Positions 1-12,491 of a stretch of DNA of 64,000 nucleotides are shown here, in pieces. Numbering within the stretch: the stretch's first letter is position 1; each line of letters opens with the position of its first letter. A program made the translations under genes and the position numbers. Source of the stretch: Takakia lepidozioides. Taxonomy: Eukaryota; Plantae; Bryophyta. Location of the stretch: contig CM060734.1 in NCBI GenBank assembly GCA_030704615.1, forward strand, positions 28,210,001 through 28,274,000. Direction: 5' to 3'. The notes under the pieces were generated by a model. The model did not search any database and was not told the DNA's origin. It was given only the letters and a program-made list of their open reading frames with translations.

Positions 1-626
1 GGAAAAGCACCTCTGGTGCCGACAAGTTGGGCCGCCCAGGACGTTGAGGAACCGGCAGTAGCGGCGGTGCTGGAAGAACGCGAGCGTTTGTTGAAGCTCG
101 CAAAGTACAACATTGCCAAAGCTAGGAAACGGTATGAAAGGCAGGCGAATCGGAAGCGGAGGGAAGTGAAGTTTGAGGCAGGCACAGAGGTCTGGTTGAA
201 CATCAAGAATTTTCGACTACCTCCGGAAGTGAGTCCGAAGTTCGTACCTCCGTATGCGGGTCCCTTTCGCATTCGGAGGGTTATGAATGAGGATGTGTAT
301 GAATTGGAGCTGCCGGCAAACAGCAAGGTGCACCCAGTATTCCATGTCTCCCTTTTGAAGCCTTACTTCAAAGATGAAGCACGTCCGAATCGGCAGCAAG
401 TGTTGCGTCCGCCACCTATGCTGTTGGATCATGAAAATGAACCGAGTACGAGGTGGAGGCAATACTTAAGTCGAGGAGGTTCAAGAACCGAGAAACGGAG
501 TATCTCGTCAAATGGAAGGGCTATCATCTTGTGGAGGCATCTTGGGTGCGTGCCTCAGAAATGGGAAACGCATCCGAGGCAGTTGCAGCGTTCGAAGGGC
601 GACCTCAAAAGCGGAAGAAACGTTGA
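1..626 (+). pseudogene. Ty3/Gypsy chromovirus A, copy 1: integrase C-terminus and chromodomain (frameshifted)
   Basis: GPF motif (YAGPFRI..VYELELP..VHPVFHVSLLKPY). After a 1-bp deletion near 445 the frame gives EYEVEAILKSRRFKNRETEYLVKWKGY (chromodomain). Matches the copies at 12492-13111 and 25179-25833. Confidence 0.93.
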
Positions 627-1532
627 TGGGGACATCAACCTTGGAGCGTGGGGGAGGAAATGCATACTTAGCCCGGTTTAGCTAGCTCAGGAATCCGATT
701 GCAAAAACTTGTATTGTACAAAAATTTGTTATAAAGGAAATGGGTTCCAAATATTGTGCGTCCTATTGTGTTTGAAATGGTGATGCATGGTGTGGTTGAC
801 TAGTGTGTAGAATGCATGCTAGCTTACAAAAGTAGGAGAGGTAAATTGAGTTAATCGTGTGTTTGCGCAGTGCCGAAATCGGGTGACTCCCATCCAAGGG
901 GCAAGGAAACTTGCGCCTTATTTGGGAGTTCAAGTGCTAGTGCGCACCTGGCGCGTGCGCGTACTATAACTGCGCTACCGAGGGGGTTGCCTTGTAGTGC
1001 GGGCTAACGCGGAAGCTACGTGCTTCCGTTCACGTACTATAATCGTGTAGCCTCGGGACGAAGTCGTAGTGCGGCTTCGGCGTGTTCCTGTACCTCAGGC
1101 CAGCATTCCAAGGCGGACCCAATTGTAGTGATTGGGGCGCACGGTTGGTTCAAGGTTATCTTCCTAGTCAAAGAGGGTTCCAGGTGAACCCTTGCTCAAG
1201 GTGATGCCAAAAGCGGCATCATGAGCGATCGCAAGCAATGTTGTTGCAGTAAGGCGATTCGATCCTCGGGGAGGATCGTTCCTTGGCCTTGAAGTAGGCC
1301 AAGAAGAGTGCACTGGGAGGAGCTGGAGAGGCTCCACCCTTGGCCGGGACTTGGAGGAAGTCGGCCGAACTAGCTAGTGGAGAGTGGAGTCAAGTGTGGG
1401 GTTTGGTTCTTTGCCATGGGACGCCATGGTACGGAAACAAACTCCTTGATGTGGGACGCCACAACTTGGATGTTCGTTTCTACAAAATGGACAAGTCGAT
1501 GAGGACATCGACTCCCTGTTGGTAGGGGTGTG

Positions 1533-2256
1533 TGTCGCGGCCCTTTGCCTTGAGGGCAGGGGGTCGGGACACATGAGGGGCTGCCCCTGTGGTGGGGGCA
1601 GCGGCGGCGATAGGTATGGGGGGCTGAAGCACCCTTGAGTGCCCAAGGCACTCAAGGAGGCGGAGGCGCTCACTAGGTGGAGCCCCGCACACCGGGTTGC
1701 GGTGGAGGTGGCTCCACAAGGGGTGGTGGTAGCTTAGTGGGACTTAGTGGGGGTGGCATAGGACTCACCATGGGGTGGAGACCTCGAGGTGGGAGTCGTG
1801 GGGAGTCTTGGGACTCATCACGGTCCATTGGGGCCGCGGTGAGTGGGCCAAGACTCACCGCGACTCACCACCGGGAGTCGAGGGTTTTCGTGGTGGTTCG
1901 CCATAAAATGGCATGGCTGGTTATGAAACCCCCGCGGACAGCTACAGAAGTATATATAGGGAGTAGTAACCCCGAGAACGGTGCAAGCCCGTTGGTGACC
2001 AAAAACTAGTGAGTAATCGTGCGAGCCGGAAAGCGACCAAAGAGTGGGGAGCTGTTCCGGACTGCCATCTACCAAAGGGAATTCTCCTAGTCCCAAATAG
2101 GTGGAGGGTTTTAGAGGAAGCGAACGGGGACCGTTATGTCCCGGTGAGTAGCCGAAACTCCAAGTTGGCCCGGCGGCCAGGTTGGGAGTCAGGCGCGCGC
2201 ATCAAAGCGGTTAACTATGACTTGAAGGGGAGTTTACCGAAGTGAGGTGCGCGACA
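1533..2256 (+). mobile_element. 3' LTR of chromovirus A copy 1 (724 bp)
   Basis: TGTCGCG...CGCGACA inverted termini, preceded by purine-rich GGTAGGGG (1521-1528). The same LTR occurs at 9245, 17092, 26740 and 42121. It abuts an intron of the ParB-like gene. Confidence 0.95.
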
Positions 2257-2261
2257 AAGTA

Positions 2262-3950
2262 CCTGAAACCACCATGTCATGCGGTTCATCCACATGTCAA
2301 ATGTGGGGTCAGAGAGTTTGTCCGGTTTGGGGAAGCTCCACATGTCCCTGGTACTTTGGGAATCATTCCAGATTTGGAGCCACCGGGTCTGTCCAACCAC
2401 CCAGCATATTCGTAAGCGCCAAACACCACAAAAAGGAATTGTTGCCACCACAATTTGGTTAAGAATGTATCACCTTTTCTGTTGCATCCACACATGATGT
2501 GGCTAGACGATGGAGCTTCTCCAATGTCATCGTGGGCTTCAGAGCGCGAGAGTAGTGCTTCCCCACCTCCACCAGAAAGTCAGCACCAAGGGCGGGATCA
2601 GCTATGGCCATGTACTTTACCATCCGCGACTTGTACTTTATGCGGGCCCTCACCTCCGCAGCTTTGACATACGATTTGAGTGCCGGGAGGGTTGGATTCT
2701 TCTCCTCTGACTCCATGTAGAACCTCCGCGCATGTGCCAAATCCTGCTGTATTTTCGTCTGTCAAGAATGCGCACATAAGATTAGAGATCCTGCTCAACA
2801 CAATTTCTTCTATTGGGGGAGGAGATTAGAAATCACGGTGAAGACCTTTTCTTCTATGGGGGGAGGAGAGACAGATTAGCTCAACAAAACTGTCAGGAGC
2901 TTTACCCAAAATATGTAGTCCACCATGGCGTCAACGCTCAGCCTATACCAGGTTTTGTCTGCCTTTGCCTCCGACTTGCGCAAGAGGTCGGCACTGAGGG
3001 AATTGGCAAACTCTTGCACCCCCTGCTTCCCGACATCCTTCACTCGGAAGAGCATATGGGACAAGTTGGTGGCAATGAAGGCATTCTCAGTCACCCTGCA
3101 GTGCCACATTTCCATCAAACAATACTGAAATGGGAATTTTCATCATATATGAGGATTCGCAATGAAATGACTTCCAAATTCAAAGTCCAAAAGTGAGAGG
3201 CGTTGTAGCTTACGATTGCAGCTTTGAGAAGACTGCGATCTTTGGGCCCCGCAACCTTCAGCACAACACAATCCACGGTGAAATGCCAATTGAGGTCGTT
3301 GGGGTGGGCTTGGGCAATGTGCTCCATCCATGCCAGGAGGCGATGATTGCCGTCCCACACGTAGAACATCTTACCGGACAAGTGCTGGAAAAGAGGATCA
3401 CTAGCAATCGATCTCTCGAACTCCTCATTTCGCGTTTGCCAATGGGGACCCCATTTGTCCACCTCATCGAAAGTGTGGGCACGGGAAGCTCCGTGGTCGT
3501 TCTCAATGGAAACGGAAAACGCGGCAGACCCCATTCGATATCCATCCCGGAAAGAGAATTTCAGCTTGTCGATATCGCCTGGGAGGGCAAGTCTCACCAC
3601 CTGCAATGACACCAAGCGGCAAAGGGGAATTCGAAGCTTGGCCGGGTACACCATGCCCCCCAGCACCCTGCTAATGTTGCTGTGGGTTGCCTCCAACATC
3701 TTGGCAGCGGCCAACTTCATATCCGCCTCAGACATGACGTCTGCTGCAGAGGGGTTTTCCGGCAGCCCACCAGGACCGCCAAATCCAGCCTGTATGCTCC
3801 GGGTTTGGGGCCTGGGGATGTCCGGGAGGATGTCATCCTGGTCAGAAAGCTCCCTGTCGTCCTCTTCAACAGGGTCAGCCACCTGCAAAACCACCTCCAG
3901 CACTCTCCCCGTCTCTACTGCCCTCTCCCTGGCTCCAAATTTCCCTGACG
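2262..3950 (-). pseudogene. Spliced ParB/Srx-like domain gene, copy 1 (5'-truncated, cut by LTR)
   Basis: ORF 3115-4089 has VVRLALPGDIDKLKFSFRDGY...FYVWDGNHRLLAW, resembling the ParB N-terminal R..L..S..G and DGxHR motifs. In-phase exons follow at 3095-2906, 2758-~2480 and ~2400-2262. Intron positions are shared with copy 2. Confidence 0.72.
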
Positions 3951-5400
3951 CAGGTAATTCAGAAGCGGATGGATGGAAATCCGGCGCCGGATTTCCATCC
4001 GCGCAGGTAGGGCGGCGCGCCAAATTTCCCTCACGCAGGTAATTCAGAAGCGGATGGATGGAAATCCGGCGCCGGATTTCCATCCGCAAGGTTGGGCGGA
4101 GAGCGGATGGATGGAGATCCGGCGCCGAATTTCCATCCAGCAGGTAAGTCGGATCGCTGGCGTATGGATATTCGGCGCCGAATTTCCATTCGCCAGGTAT
4201 TTCGAAGCGCTGAATTACCTTCCTGCAGGTAATTCTGAGCGTGTCCGATTGATTTTTCGGAGAAAAACAAACCTAACTGTTTGTTTTGTGGCTGAAGTGC
4301 ACTTGTAGACACGTTTTTCTTGGAATCCTTGACTGCTAGAGGCAAATCGGAACAGCCTCGGACGGAAATTTGGCGCCGTTTTTCCATTCTGGGAGGTTTC
4401 TACGACTTCCTTTGAGGGGGCCCTGATGGAAATTCGGCGCCGAATTTCCATCCGGGGGATGGTCTCTGTCGGAGCGGTGCCGGCCTCTCCGCCGCTCTGT
4501 TGGATATTCGGTGCCGAATTTCCGTCCGGGGGTTGAAATATGACGGCCAGGTGCCGGCCTCTCTCCCCTCCCCGACTGCATTGGAACGGCCCCGGATGGA
4601 AATTCGGCGCCGTTTTTCCATCTGGGGAGGTTTTATGTCGGCCAGTTTTCGGCCTGACCCCCGACACGACTTCCTTTGGGGGGGCCCGGATGGAAATTCG
4701 GCGCCGAATCTCCATCCAGGGGATACTCTCTGTCGAACACGTGCCTGCCTCTACGCCCGAGGCGACTTCATCCGGGCGTCCCCTGTTGGATATTCGGTGC
4801 CGAATTTCCGTCCGGGGTTGAAATGTGACGGCCAGGTGCCGGCCTCTCCCCCCTCCCCGACTGCATCCGAACCGCCCCGGATGGAAATTCGGCGCCGTTT
4901 TTCCATCTGGGGATGTTTTTATTGCGGCCAGTTTTCGGCCTGACCCCCCGACACGACTTCCTTTGGGGGGGGCCGGATGGAAATTCGGCGCCGAATCTCC
5001 ATCCATGGGATATTCTCTGTCGCACACGCGCCGGCCTCTGCGCCCGAGGCGACTTCATCCGGGCTTCCCCTGTTGTATATTCGGTGCCGAATTTCCGTCC
5101 GGGGGTTGTAATGTGAGGGCCAGATGGCGGCCTTTCCCCCGAGCCGACTGCATCCAAAAGGCCTCGGATGGAAATTCGGCGCCGTTTTTCCATCCGCGGA
5201 GGTTTTTATGTCGGCCATTTCTCGGCTTGACCCCCCGACAGGACTTCCTTTGGGGGGATCCGAATGGAAATTCGGCGCTGAATTTCCATCCGGGGGATGT
5301 TCTCTGTCGGACAGGTGCCGGCATCTCTGCCCCAGACGACTTCATCCGTGCGGCCCCTGTTGGATATTGGGTGCCGAATTTCCATTCGGGGGTAGTAATG
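3945..5400. repeat. Palindrome array 1 (16 cores of GGATGGAAATTCGGCGCCGAATTTCCATCC type)
   Basis: GGYGCC centres at 3983, 4068, 4121, 4174, 4372, 4436, 4510, 4606, 4700, 4796, 4891, 4987, 5083, 5178, 5274 and 5370. A three-core ~286-bp superunit is visible in 4590-5400. Confidence 0.95.
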
Positions 5401-5674
5401 TGACGGCACGGTGCCGGCTTCTCCCCTTCAGCCGACATCATCCGGACGGCCCCCCACTTTCTGACTGCATACCGTTGGCAGTTATTGCGCAAAGACCAGG
5501 GGCCGCATTCCGGAGACAAGGTTCATTAACACTCTGACTGTGGATTTTTGAGATAGTTGGCTCCCTGGATTTGGATCAGGCTTCGTCGCTCGGACAAATC
5601 AACACCGCATTCCTTCCCATCGCTGCATCCCCCTTCTACCAGGGAGCTTCCCCGCACGCCATCCTGGCAGTCTT

Positions 5675-8633
5675 GTGTGCACATCTCCCATGGCGGAAAA
5701 CCCGAGCGCTACAGTGTACTGCCCTCCTCACGAGCATAGAGCTTCATTTCCGTGCAGAGGGGACATCTGCCGGGTGATGGAGAAATATTTGTGCGTTCGA
5801 CACCACCTGAAACCGGGGTCGGTTTTTTTGGAGGAGGAAAAGAAGGACTCAAACGGCCTTGTTGTCGAGAGTATTGTTGTGCTCCACGATGATTTCGGCG
5901 ATGGCAGGGAATGGCGAGTTCCACCATCGGACAACGTCATATACAGGGTTGTTGGGGACTTCATTTGCCCGCCAAATGCACCTTCTATCCTGGCGCCTTC
6001 CACGAAACAATCCGCGAATCAGAGAGTGGCTACCTCAAAGAAAGAAGTCCGCAACGAAGTAAATCCAGAGCCGAACCCATCCATGAAGACGAGCGAGAAC
6101 CGGGTTGTTCACAACCTGTCCGACTCAGACGAGGTCATGGAAGTTCCGAGGTCGTCCTGGAGATCAGGCAAGTCCTCAATGGACGTCAGTGGAGGAGGGA
6201 GTCATATTCCCAGCACGAGCACCGCAGTTCGATCTATTCTTGAAATTCTGCGAGGGCTTCACCTGGAGGGACACCGGTCGGAGCTGGCCGGGCTGGACTA
6301 CAGCAAGTTTGCAATTAAATCGGTTACATGCCTTCCCGCCGACGTTGACGGTAATATCTTCTTTGAGTTCCCTCCTCGGGCGGACTACTCGAGGGCGTCC
6401 GGAATGTTGACAGATATGGATAGAAAACATGACGGTCATCCTTGGTGCGTTACCAAAACCACCAGCATGAAGATGCTCGATGGTGTGCGGGTGCGCTACG
6501 TTGTTTGTGCGGGCACGTTGCGGTGTTTCTCCCCAACTTGCTTCCACTTTAAATCCAGAGGTCATAGGAACGAGACCGATTGGACAAGCACAGCTCATCA
6601 ACCATTTTGAGCTCAGGAGAAGGTTCTGAACTCCACATTTAAGTGTGTGCATTGCAAAGAACCACCACACTGCATGTCTGTTTGTAATGCCAAGCAGTTC
6701 TATGTGTTGCACCGTTTCCCTGACCTCACCCGAGCTTGCATACACGTTGGTTCCCATTGTCACAAATTGGCGAGGGGGAACTTGCGGGAGGCTGCCCACG
6801 AGGCAGAGCAGCTCGTTCAGGAGGAGGTTAAGTTGAGACTGGGTGCCAAACCCAAACAGATACAGCTCCAAGCCGCCCATAAGATGGCATTGGCCAGAAT
6901 TATGTCAGAAGACGGCTTCGATAGAGTTCCTCTCGATGAGAAGGAAATGGAGGCATTGCTAGAGTTGGTGTCCCACGTATGTTCACCGAATGTCCGAAAC
7001 CACATTGTCTCATGCAAACAGAAAATTGGGCGTGGCTCGGATATGCACTCCATTCTGGAGGTGAAGCGACGATGTGGATATGACTACATTCATGGAAGTA
7101 GGTTTCCAGGACAAGGGACTGAGGCAGATCCTTGTTTCATATTCAAAATGTCCACGTGTGGACCTGGCAGCGACGTCGAACTGGTCGACAGGATGACGAG
7201 TGGGGACTTGTCAAACAGTTGGGTCATGTTCGATCATATCAAGCGAATTACAAATCATCAGTGGGTGACAATGGGTGCACATGTCTACGACACCCACTGC
7301 AGGATGCTAATGACAATTGCTATTTGTGAGATGAAAGGAGAGGACACACAATCAGAGATGCTTCTTTGGCAGGGAATAAATGAACAGATGGCCAAGGCAG
7401 GATTGCCCCCTCCCAATTTCCGTGGTTTCATGGCGGACAACGCACAAGCAAATTGGGCTGCCATCCGAAGGGTGTACGGGCAAGACCCCAATGTTCCCAT
7501 GGAAAACAAGGAGAGATCTTGTGGGTTCCATTTTCTACAGAGCCTTTTGCAGTACACAACCAGGCTCGTGGCGCCAGATTTCAGAGAGGAGCACCGTTCC
7601 ATGTACCTTGCGTGGAAGCGCGCTCCCACCTTGGATGATGTAGAGACACAGTTTGCATGTATACGGGCTTGGTGGACATCGTCAGGTGCTGTAAAGAAAT
7701 CAGACGAGGGAGCAATGGTCAGTTGGCTAGCATGGTGGCATTATCGTTTCCTCCAGTTCGGCGACTATATGCGGGAGGTGAGTTGCACGAATTCGCGTCC
7801 CGTTGAATATTATTCTTGGCCATATTTGTAACTTGCTTGTAACCTCAACATGTGCTTGTGCAGGAAATGTGTCTCGACTCCGACACCGACATGCCCACGA
7901 CAAACATGGCCGAATCAGTGCACTCTTCCTGGCGTGCCTCCTCTGCGGCGCATCTGGTGGACATCCTCACTGCCACAACGGAGGACATTGTGAGGTCAAT
8001 TATGCAGCAATGCAGGTACAACGAGTTCTTGAAAGGGAAACAGTGGGGCTTGGGGCCGGACAGGCAGGAAATGCTGATGCGGACTGCCTCTAGATCGAAG
8101 AATCCTCGGAAGTGGGCGGCGGCCTTGCGAGAGGGCCTTCGGGACACACCATTGCTTCGAAGAGGCCAACATTTGGAAGGAGATGTTCATACCCGTCCAG
8201 TGAGACGAAGACTTGACGAGGCACCTGGCGGAGAAGAGGATTAATGGCGAGCTGACAAGAATATTCGCACGCTCCCTCGTGGTCCGGTGATGTTGCCCGA
8301 GGAGGTCTCGTCGAGCACCGCAAGTCCTGCACGTTCAAGATTGCCATCTCCTTTGAGCACAGGGCGCGTGCCCCGGCAACATAACGAGCCATCTGTAGTA
8401 AAGCAGTACAACATTCCCATTGTGGAGACAAGAGTGTCGGAGTCACAGTGGAGAATTGCGAGGACATTGCCGGCATTTCGAGGGAAGTGCTGCGCCATCC
8501 GGGTGGATACGAGAGCACGCTTTGGTGAGATGATTCGGAGGAACCCACATAGTGCTGTACCTGCACCTTGTTTCAGTGGCAGATTTTTGACTCCCACATT
8601 TGCTCACGCCACAACGCAGACATTTTGGTTTTG
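5675..8633 (+). pseudogene. Mutator/MULE-like DDE transposase with GCM-like Zn finger, copy 1
   Basis: One reading frame with in-frame stops at 6608 and 8242 and a phase-0 GT-AG intron at 7778-7863. Motifs: CAGTLRCFSPTC..CVHC..C..HVGSHCH; WVMFD (7232); FMADNAQAN (7436); CGFH (CxxH, 7520-7531); TTNMAESVH (E 7912). Confidence 0.82.
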
Positions 8634-9975
8634 TTTGGGAGTTCACGTGCTAGTGTGCACCTGGCGCGTGCGCGTACTATAACTGCGCTACCGAGGGGGT
8701 TGCCTTGTAGTGCGGGCTAACGCGGAAGCTACGTGCTTCCGTTCACGTACTATAATCGTGTAGCCTCAGGACGAAGTCGTAGTGCGGCCTTGGCGTGTTC
8801 CCGTACCTCAGGCCAGCATTCCAAGGCGGACCCAATTGTAGTGATTGGGGCGCACGGTTGGTTCAAGGTTATCTTCCTAGTCAAAGAGGGTTCCAGGGAA
8901 CCCTTGCTCAAGGTGATGCCAAAAGCGGCATCATGAGCGGTCGCAAGCAATGTTGTTGCAGTAAGGCGATTCGATCCTCGGGGAGGATCGTTCCTTGGCC
9001 TTGAAGTAGGCCAAGAAGAGTGCACTGGGAGGAGCTGGAGAGGCTCCACCCTTGGCCGGGACTTGGAGGAAGTCGGCCGAACTAGCTAGTGGAGAGTAGA
9101 GTCAAGTGTGGGGTTTGGTTCTTTGCCATGGGACGCCATGGTACGGAAACAAACTCCTTGATGTGGGACGCCACAACTTGGATGTTCGTTTCTACAAAAT
9201 GGACAAGTCGATGAGGACATCGACTCCCTGTTGGTAGGGGTGTGTGTCGCGGCCCTTTGCCTTGAGGGCAGGGGGTCGGGACACACAAGGGGCTGCCCCT
9301 GTGGTGGGGGCAGTGGCAGCGATATGTATGGGGGGGGGCTGAAGCACCCTTGAGTGCCCAAGGCACTCAGGGAAGCGGAGGCGCTCACTAGGTGGAGCCC
9401 CGCACACCGGGTTGCGTTGAGGGTGGCTCCACAAGGGGTGGTGGTAGCTTAGCGGGACTTAGAGGGGGTGGCATAGGACTCACCATGGGGGCGGAGACCT
9501 CGTGGTGGGAGTCGTGGGGAGTCTTGGGACTCATCACGGTCCATAGGGGCCGTGGTGAGTGGGCCAAGACTCACCGCGACTCATCACCGGGAGTCGAGGG
9601 TTTTCGTGGTGGTTCGCCATAAAATGGCATGGCTGGTTGTGAAAACCCCGCGGACAGCTACAGAAGTATATATAAGGGGAGTAGTGACCCCGAGAACGGT
9701 GCAAGCCCGTTGGTGACCAAAAACTAGTGAGTAAGCGAGCGAGCCGGAAAGCGACCAAAGAGTGGGGAGCTGTTCCGGACTGCCATCTACCAAAGGGAAT
9801 TCTCCTAGTCCCAAATAGGTGGAGGGTTTAGTGGGAAGCGAAGGGGGACCGTTATGTCCCGGTGAGCAGCCGAAGCTCCAAGTTGGCCCGGGCGGCCAGG
9901 TTGGGAGTCAGGCGCGCGCATCAAAGCGAGTAACTATGACTTGAAGGGGAGCTTACCGAAGTGAGGTGCGCAACA
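8634..9975 (+). mobile_element. Chromovirus A 3' non-coding tail and LTR (LTR 9245-9975)
   Basis: Near-identical to ~920-2256. PPT at 9233-9240. LTR runs TGTCGCG...GCAACA. Confidence 0.93.
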
Positions 9976-11834
9976 CTTACCATTGCCCTGTTGAGTTTCT
10001 TCATTTCCAGTTCACTATGTCATGGTTTTAGTCATGGTTAACTAGAATTACCTACTTCTAGTTAACTAGGACATTTTGGATATTTATATTTGTATTTTGT
10101 GTGTTGGGACTTCATTTGGTCTCACATGCCCAGTGAGGTGTCAAACCTCACTTGGGACATGGGGATGGGTTTTCCCCTTGTGAGCGTTGAGGAGGGCTCA
10201 TCTTCTTGTAGTTGAGCCTCCATGAGCCTCTCTCACCTCCATAGCTCTAGGTATTGAGAGGGAGTGTGTTGAGGGCTTTGTAGGGTGGATTCCCTTAGCA
10301 AGGGTGCCCTTGGCTTGACTTAGTTTATGTGATTGAGTGGATTCATGAGTGGAATGTTTCCCTTGTGTTCACTTTCATTATCATTACAAGAAGATCACCT
10401 TATGCTTGTGAGTGCGGAGTGTAAGGGTTAGTTTAGCTCTTGTGTGTTGAAGAGCTTGGGAAGATAGCTCTTGTGTTGCAAGGTATTGCATGTATTGCAA
10501 AGGAAAACTTTGTGGTGTTAGGGCTTTGAGAGATATTGTTTTGCCCTAAGGAGGTGGAGAGCTCAAAGATGAAGCTCTTGTAGATCACAAGGGTTACAAG
10601 GAAAGGTACTTGTGGTGTTACATCAAGGTGTTGGGGAGCTCAAGAAGGAGCTTGTTTGCCATAAGATTTGCAAGGATTGCAAGAGGGAAGTCTTGTGTGT
10701 GTGGAAGCATGGATTCTAGGGATTGAGAATCATTTCTATGCATTATGGAGTCAATGGTGTGTGCTATGGCGTGTGGAGAGCAACTAAATGATTGTTAGTA
10801 CTCATTTCACTATCAATCTAGGGTTAAGCAAGCTCAAGTGTGGATGTTGTCAGCTACATAGGCTTGGGCTTGAAGACAACAAGGGCAAGCACTTGGAGAG
10901 CATTAGGAAGCTCAAGAGATTTGAAGGGAAGCATATGGGTGAAAATTCTATCCATGATGATGTGAAACCAAGCCTAGAGCATTGAAGAGCTTGGAGCACA
11001 CGTGGGAGATCATTGGAGGTGGTCTTCATGAAGAAAAGAGATTGTGGCTCAAGGCATGCATAGCAACTTCAACCATAGACTAGCGGAAGGTGAAGCTCAT
11101 GTATTCATTCCATTTTGGTTTAAGTTTTGTGGTGGATGGTTGATCAAGCAAGTGATGCTTATGTGGAGCATGCTTGGCTTCCAATTTCAAGCTTGAGGAG
11201 AGCTAGAAGGTAAAGGGAGCAAGTTGATTCCCTTGTGTATGAGGTGATGCATGTGAGCATGCTTTTGGCTTGAGCTTTGCAATATCAAGCTTGAGAGGAG
11301 TGGCTCTTGAGCTAGCAAGTGAATGGAGCTTGAATGACCAAGGCTTGAGAGGAGACAAGGCTTGGTGGCTTGCCAAAAGAGGTACAAGCTTGATTTGGAG
11401 TTCCAATGAGAAATTGAGCTTGTTGTGTGGCCAATGCATTGCTAGTTGAGTCGGAGACAAACTTGAGTAGCTTAAGGTGAAGAAGATCAAGGTAATTTGC
11501 CTTGGTACCCCATAGAATTCATGGATGCTTGAGGGGATTAAGCATAGAGCCCCAAGGAGCACAAACCCTAGCTTGGTAAGGCTAAACCTCAAGGAAATAG
11601 AGGGGGAAGTGGCTAAAGCCTAGGGGGAAATGGCTAAACCCTGGGGGGAAATGAACTACTCTATGAGGGGGAAATGGCTATTCCTAAGGGGAATACAAGG
11701 GGAATACGTATAGGCCCAGGGGAATACTGGGGGAATACTATGGCATATTCTCAGGAATATTCCTAGGGAACTTTGGGAACCTATTGGGAACTTGGGAACG
11801 CATTGGGAACATGGTGATATAGGAAGAGTCCTAG

Positions 11835-11945
11835 GAGGCCTGTTTGGGGTCCTTGGAGGACCATAGGGAGTCCTTGGAGGACTGTTTGGGGTCCTTAGAG
11901 GACCATTTGGAGGACCATTGGGAGTCCTTGGAGGACTGTTTGGAG
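11835..11945. repeat. Short tandem repeat built on gtccttggaggac
   Basis: About 5 imperfect copies of (g)gggtccttggaggac(c/t). Confidence 0.75.
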
Positions 11946-11949
11946 GCGT

Positions 11950-12213
11950 CTCTTCACTCTTCCGAATCGCATTGTGGGATGTGCAGAATTGTCCAATCCG
12001 TCTCTACTGGACCAAGCAGTCTGCAATGGCTGGGTCTGAGGAACCGGAAATGCGTGGGCCGAGATGTCTGTGCGTTGCACCATTCAAAATCCTGCTGCAG
12101 ATAGAGCATCCGCCTCATTCTGAGAGAGGCTGCAACCCGGTGCAACAGGCCAGACGCCCGGAGGCTCCGACATTCCCTGAATCCCGTACTTGGGCTTGCC
12201 AAATACACAGGTC
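11950..12213 (-). pseudogene. Displaced continuation of MULE transposase copy 1
   Basis: Reverse strand encodes TCVFGKPKYGIQGMSEPPGVWPVAPGCSLSQNEADAL. This follows TFWFC in the copy at 21770-21856 and matches 22790-22984. Confidence 0.85.
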
Positions 12214-12491
12214 GTGCAGTTATAGTACACGCACGCGCTAGGTGCGCACTAGCACGTGAACTCCCAAAGAAGGCGCAATTTTCCTTGCCCCTTTGATGGG
12301 AGTCACCCGATTTCGGCATTGCGCAAACACACGATTAATCCAATTTACCTCTCCCACTTTTGTAAGCTAGCATGCATCCCTACACACTAGCCAACCATAC
12401 CATTCATCACCATTCCAAACAAAATAGGAAGCACAGCTAAGCCGGACTAAGCATGCATTTCCTCCCCCACGATCCAAGGTTGATGTCCCCA

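Noticed and set aside
1340-2245. Short ORFs in chromovirus LTRs and tail (also near 8750-9800, 17100-17800, 26600-27430, 42050-42800)
   Set aside because: GC-rich LTR sequence. Indels between copies do not preserve frame.
3115-4089. Bacterial parABS locus or contamination
   Set aside because: The gene has spliceosomal-type introns shared between copies and is nested with LTR elements. There is no ParA Walker-box ORF, and the core differs from canonical parS.
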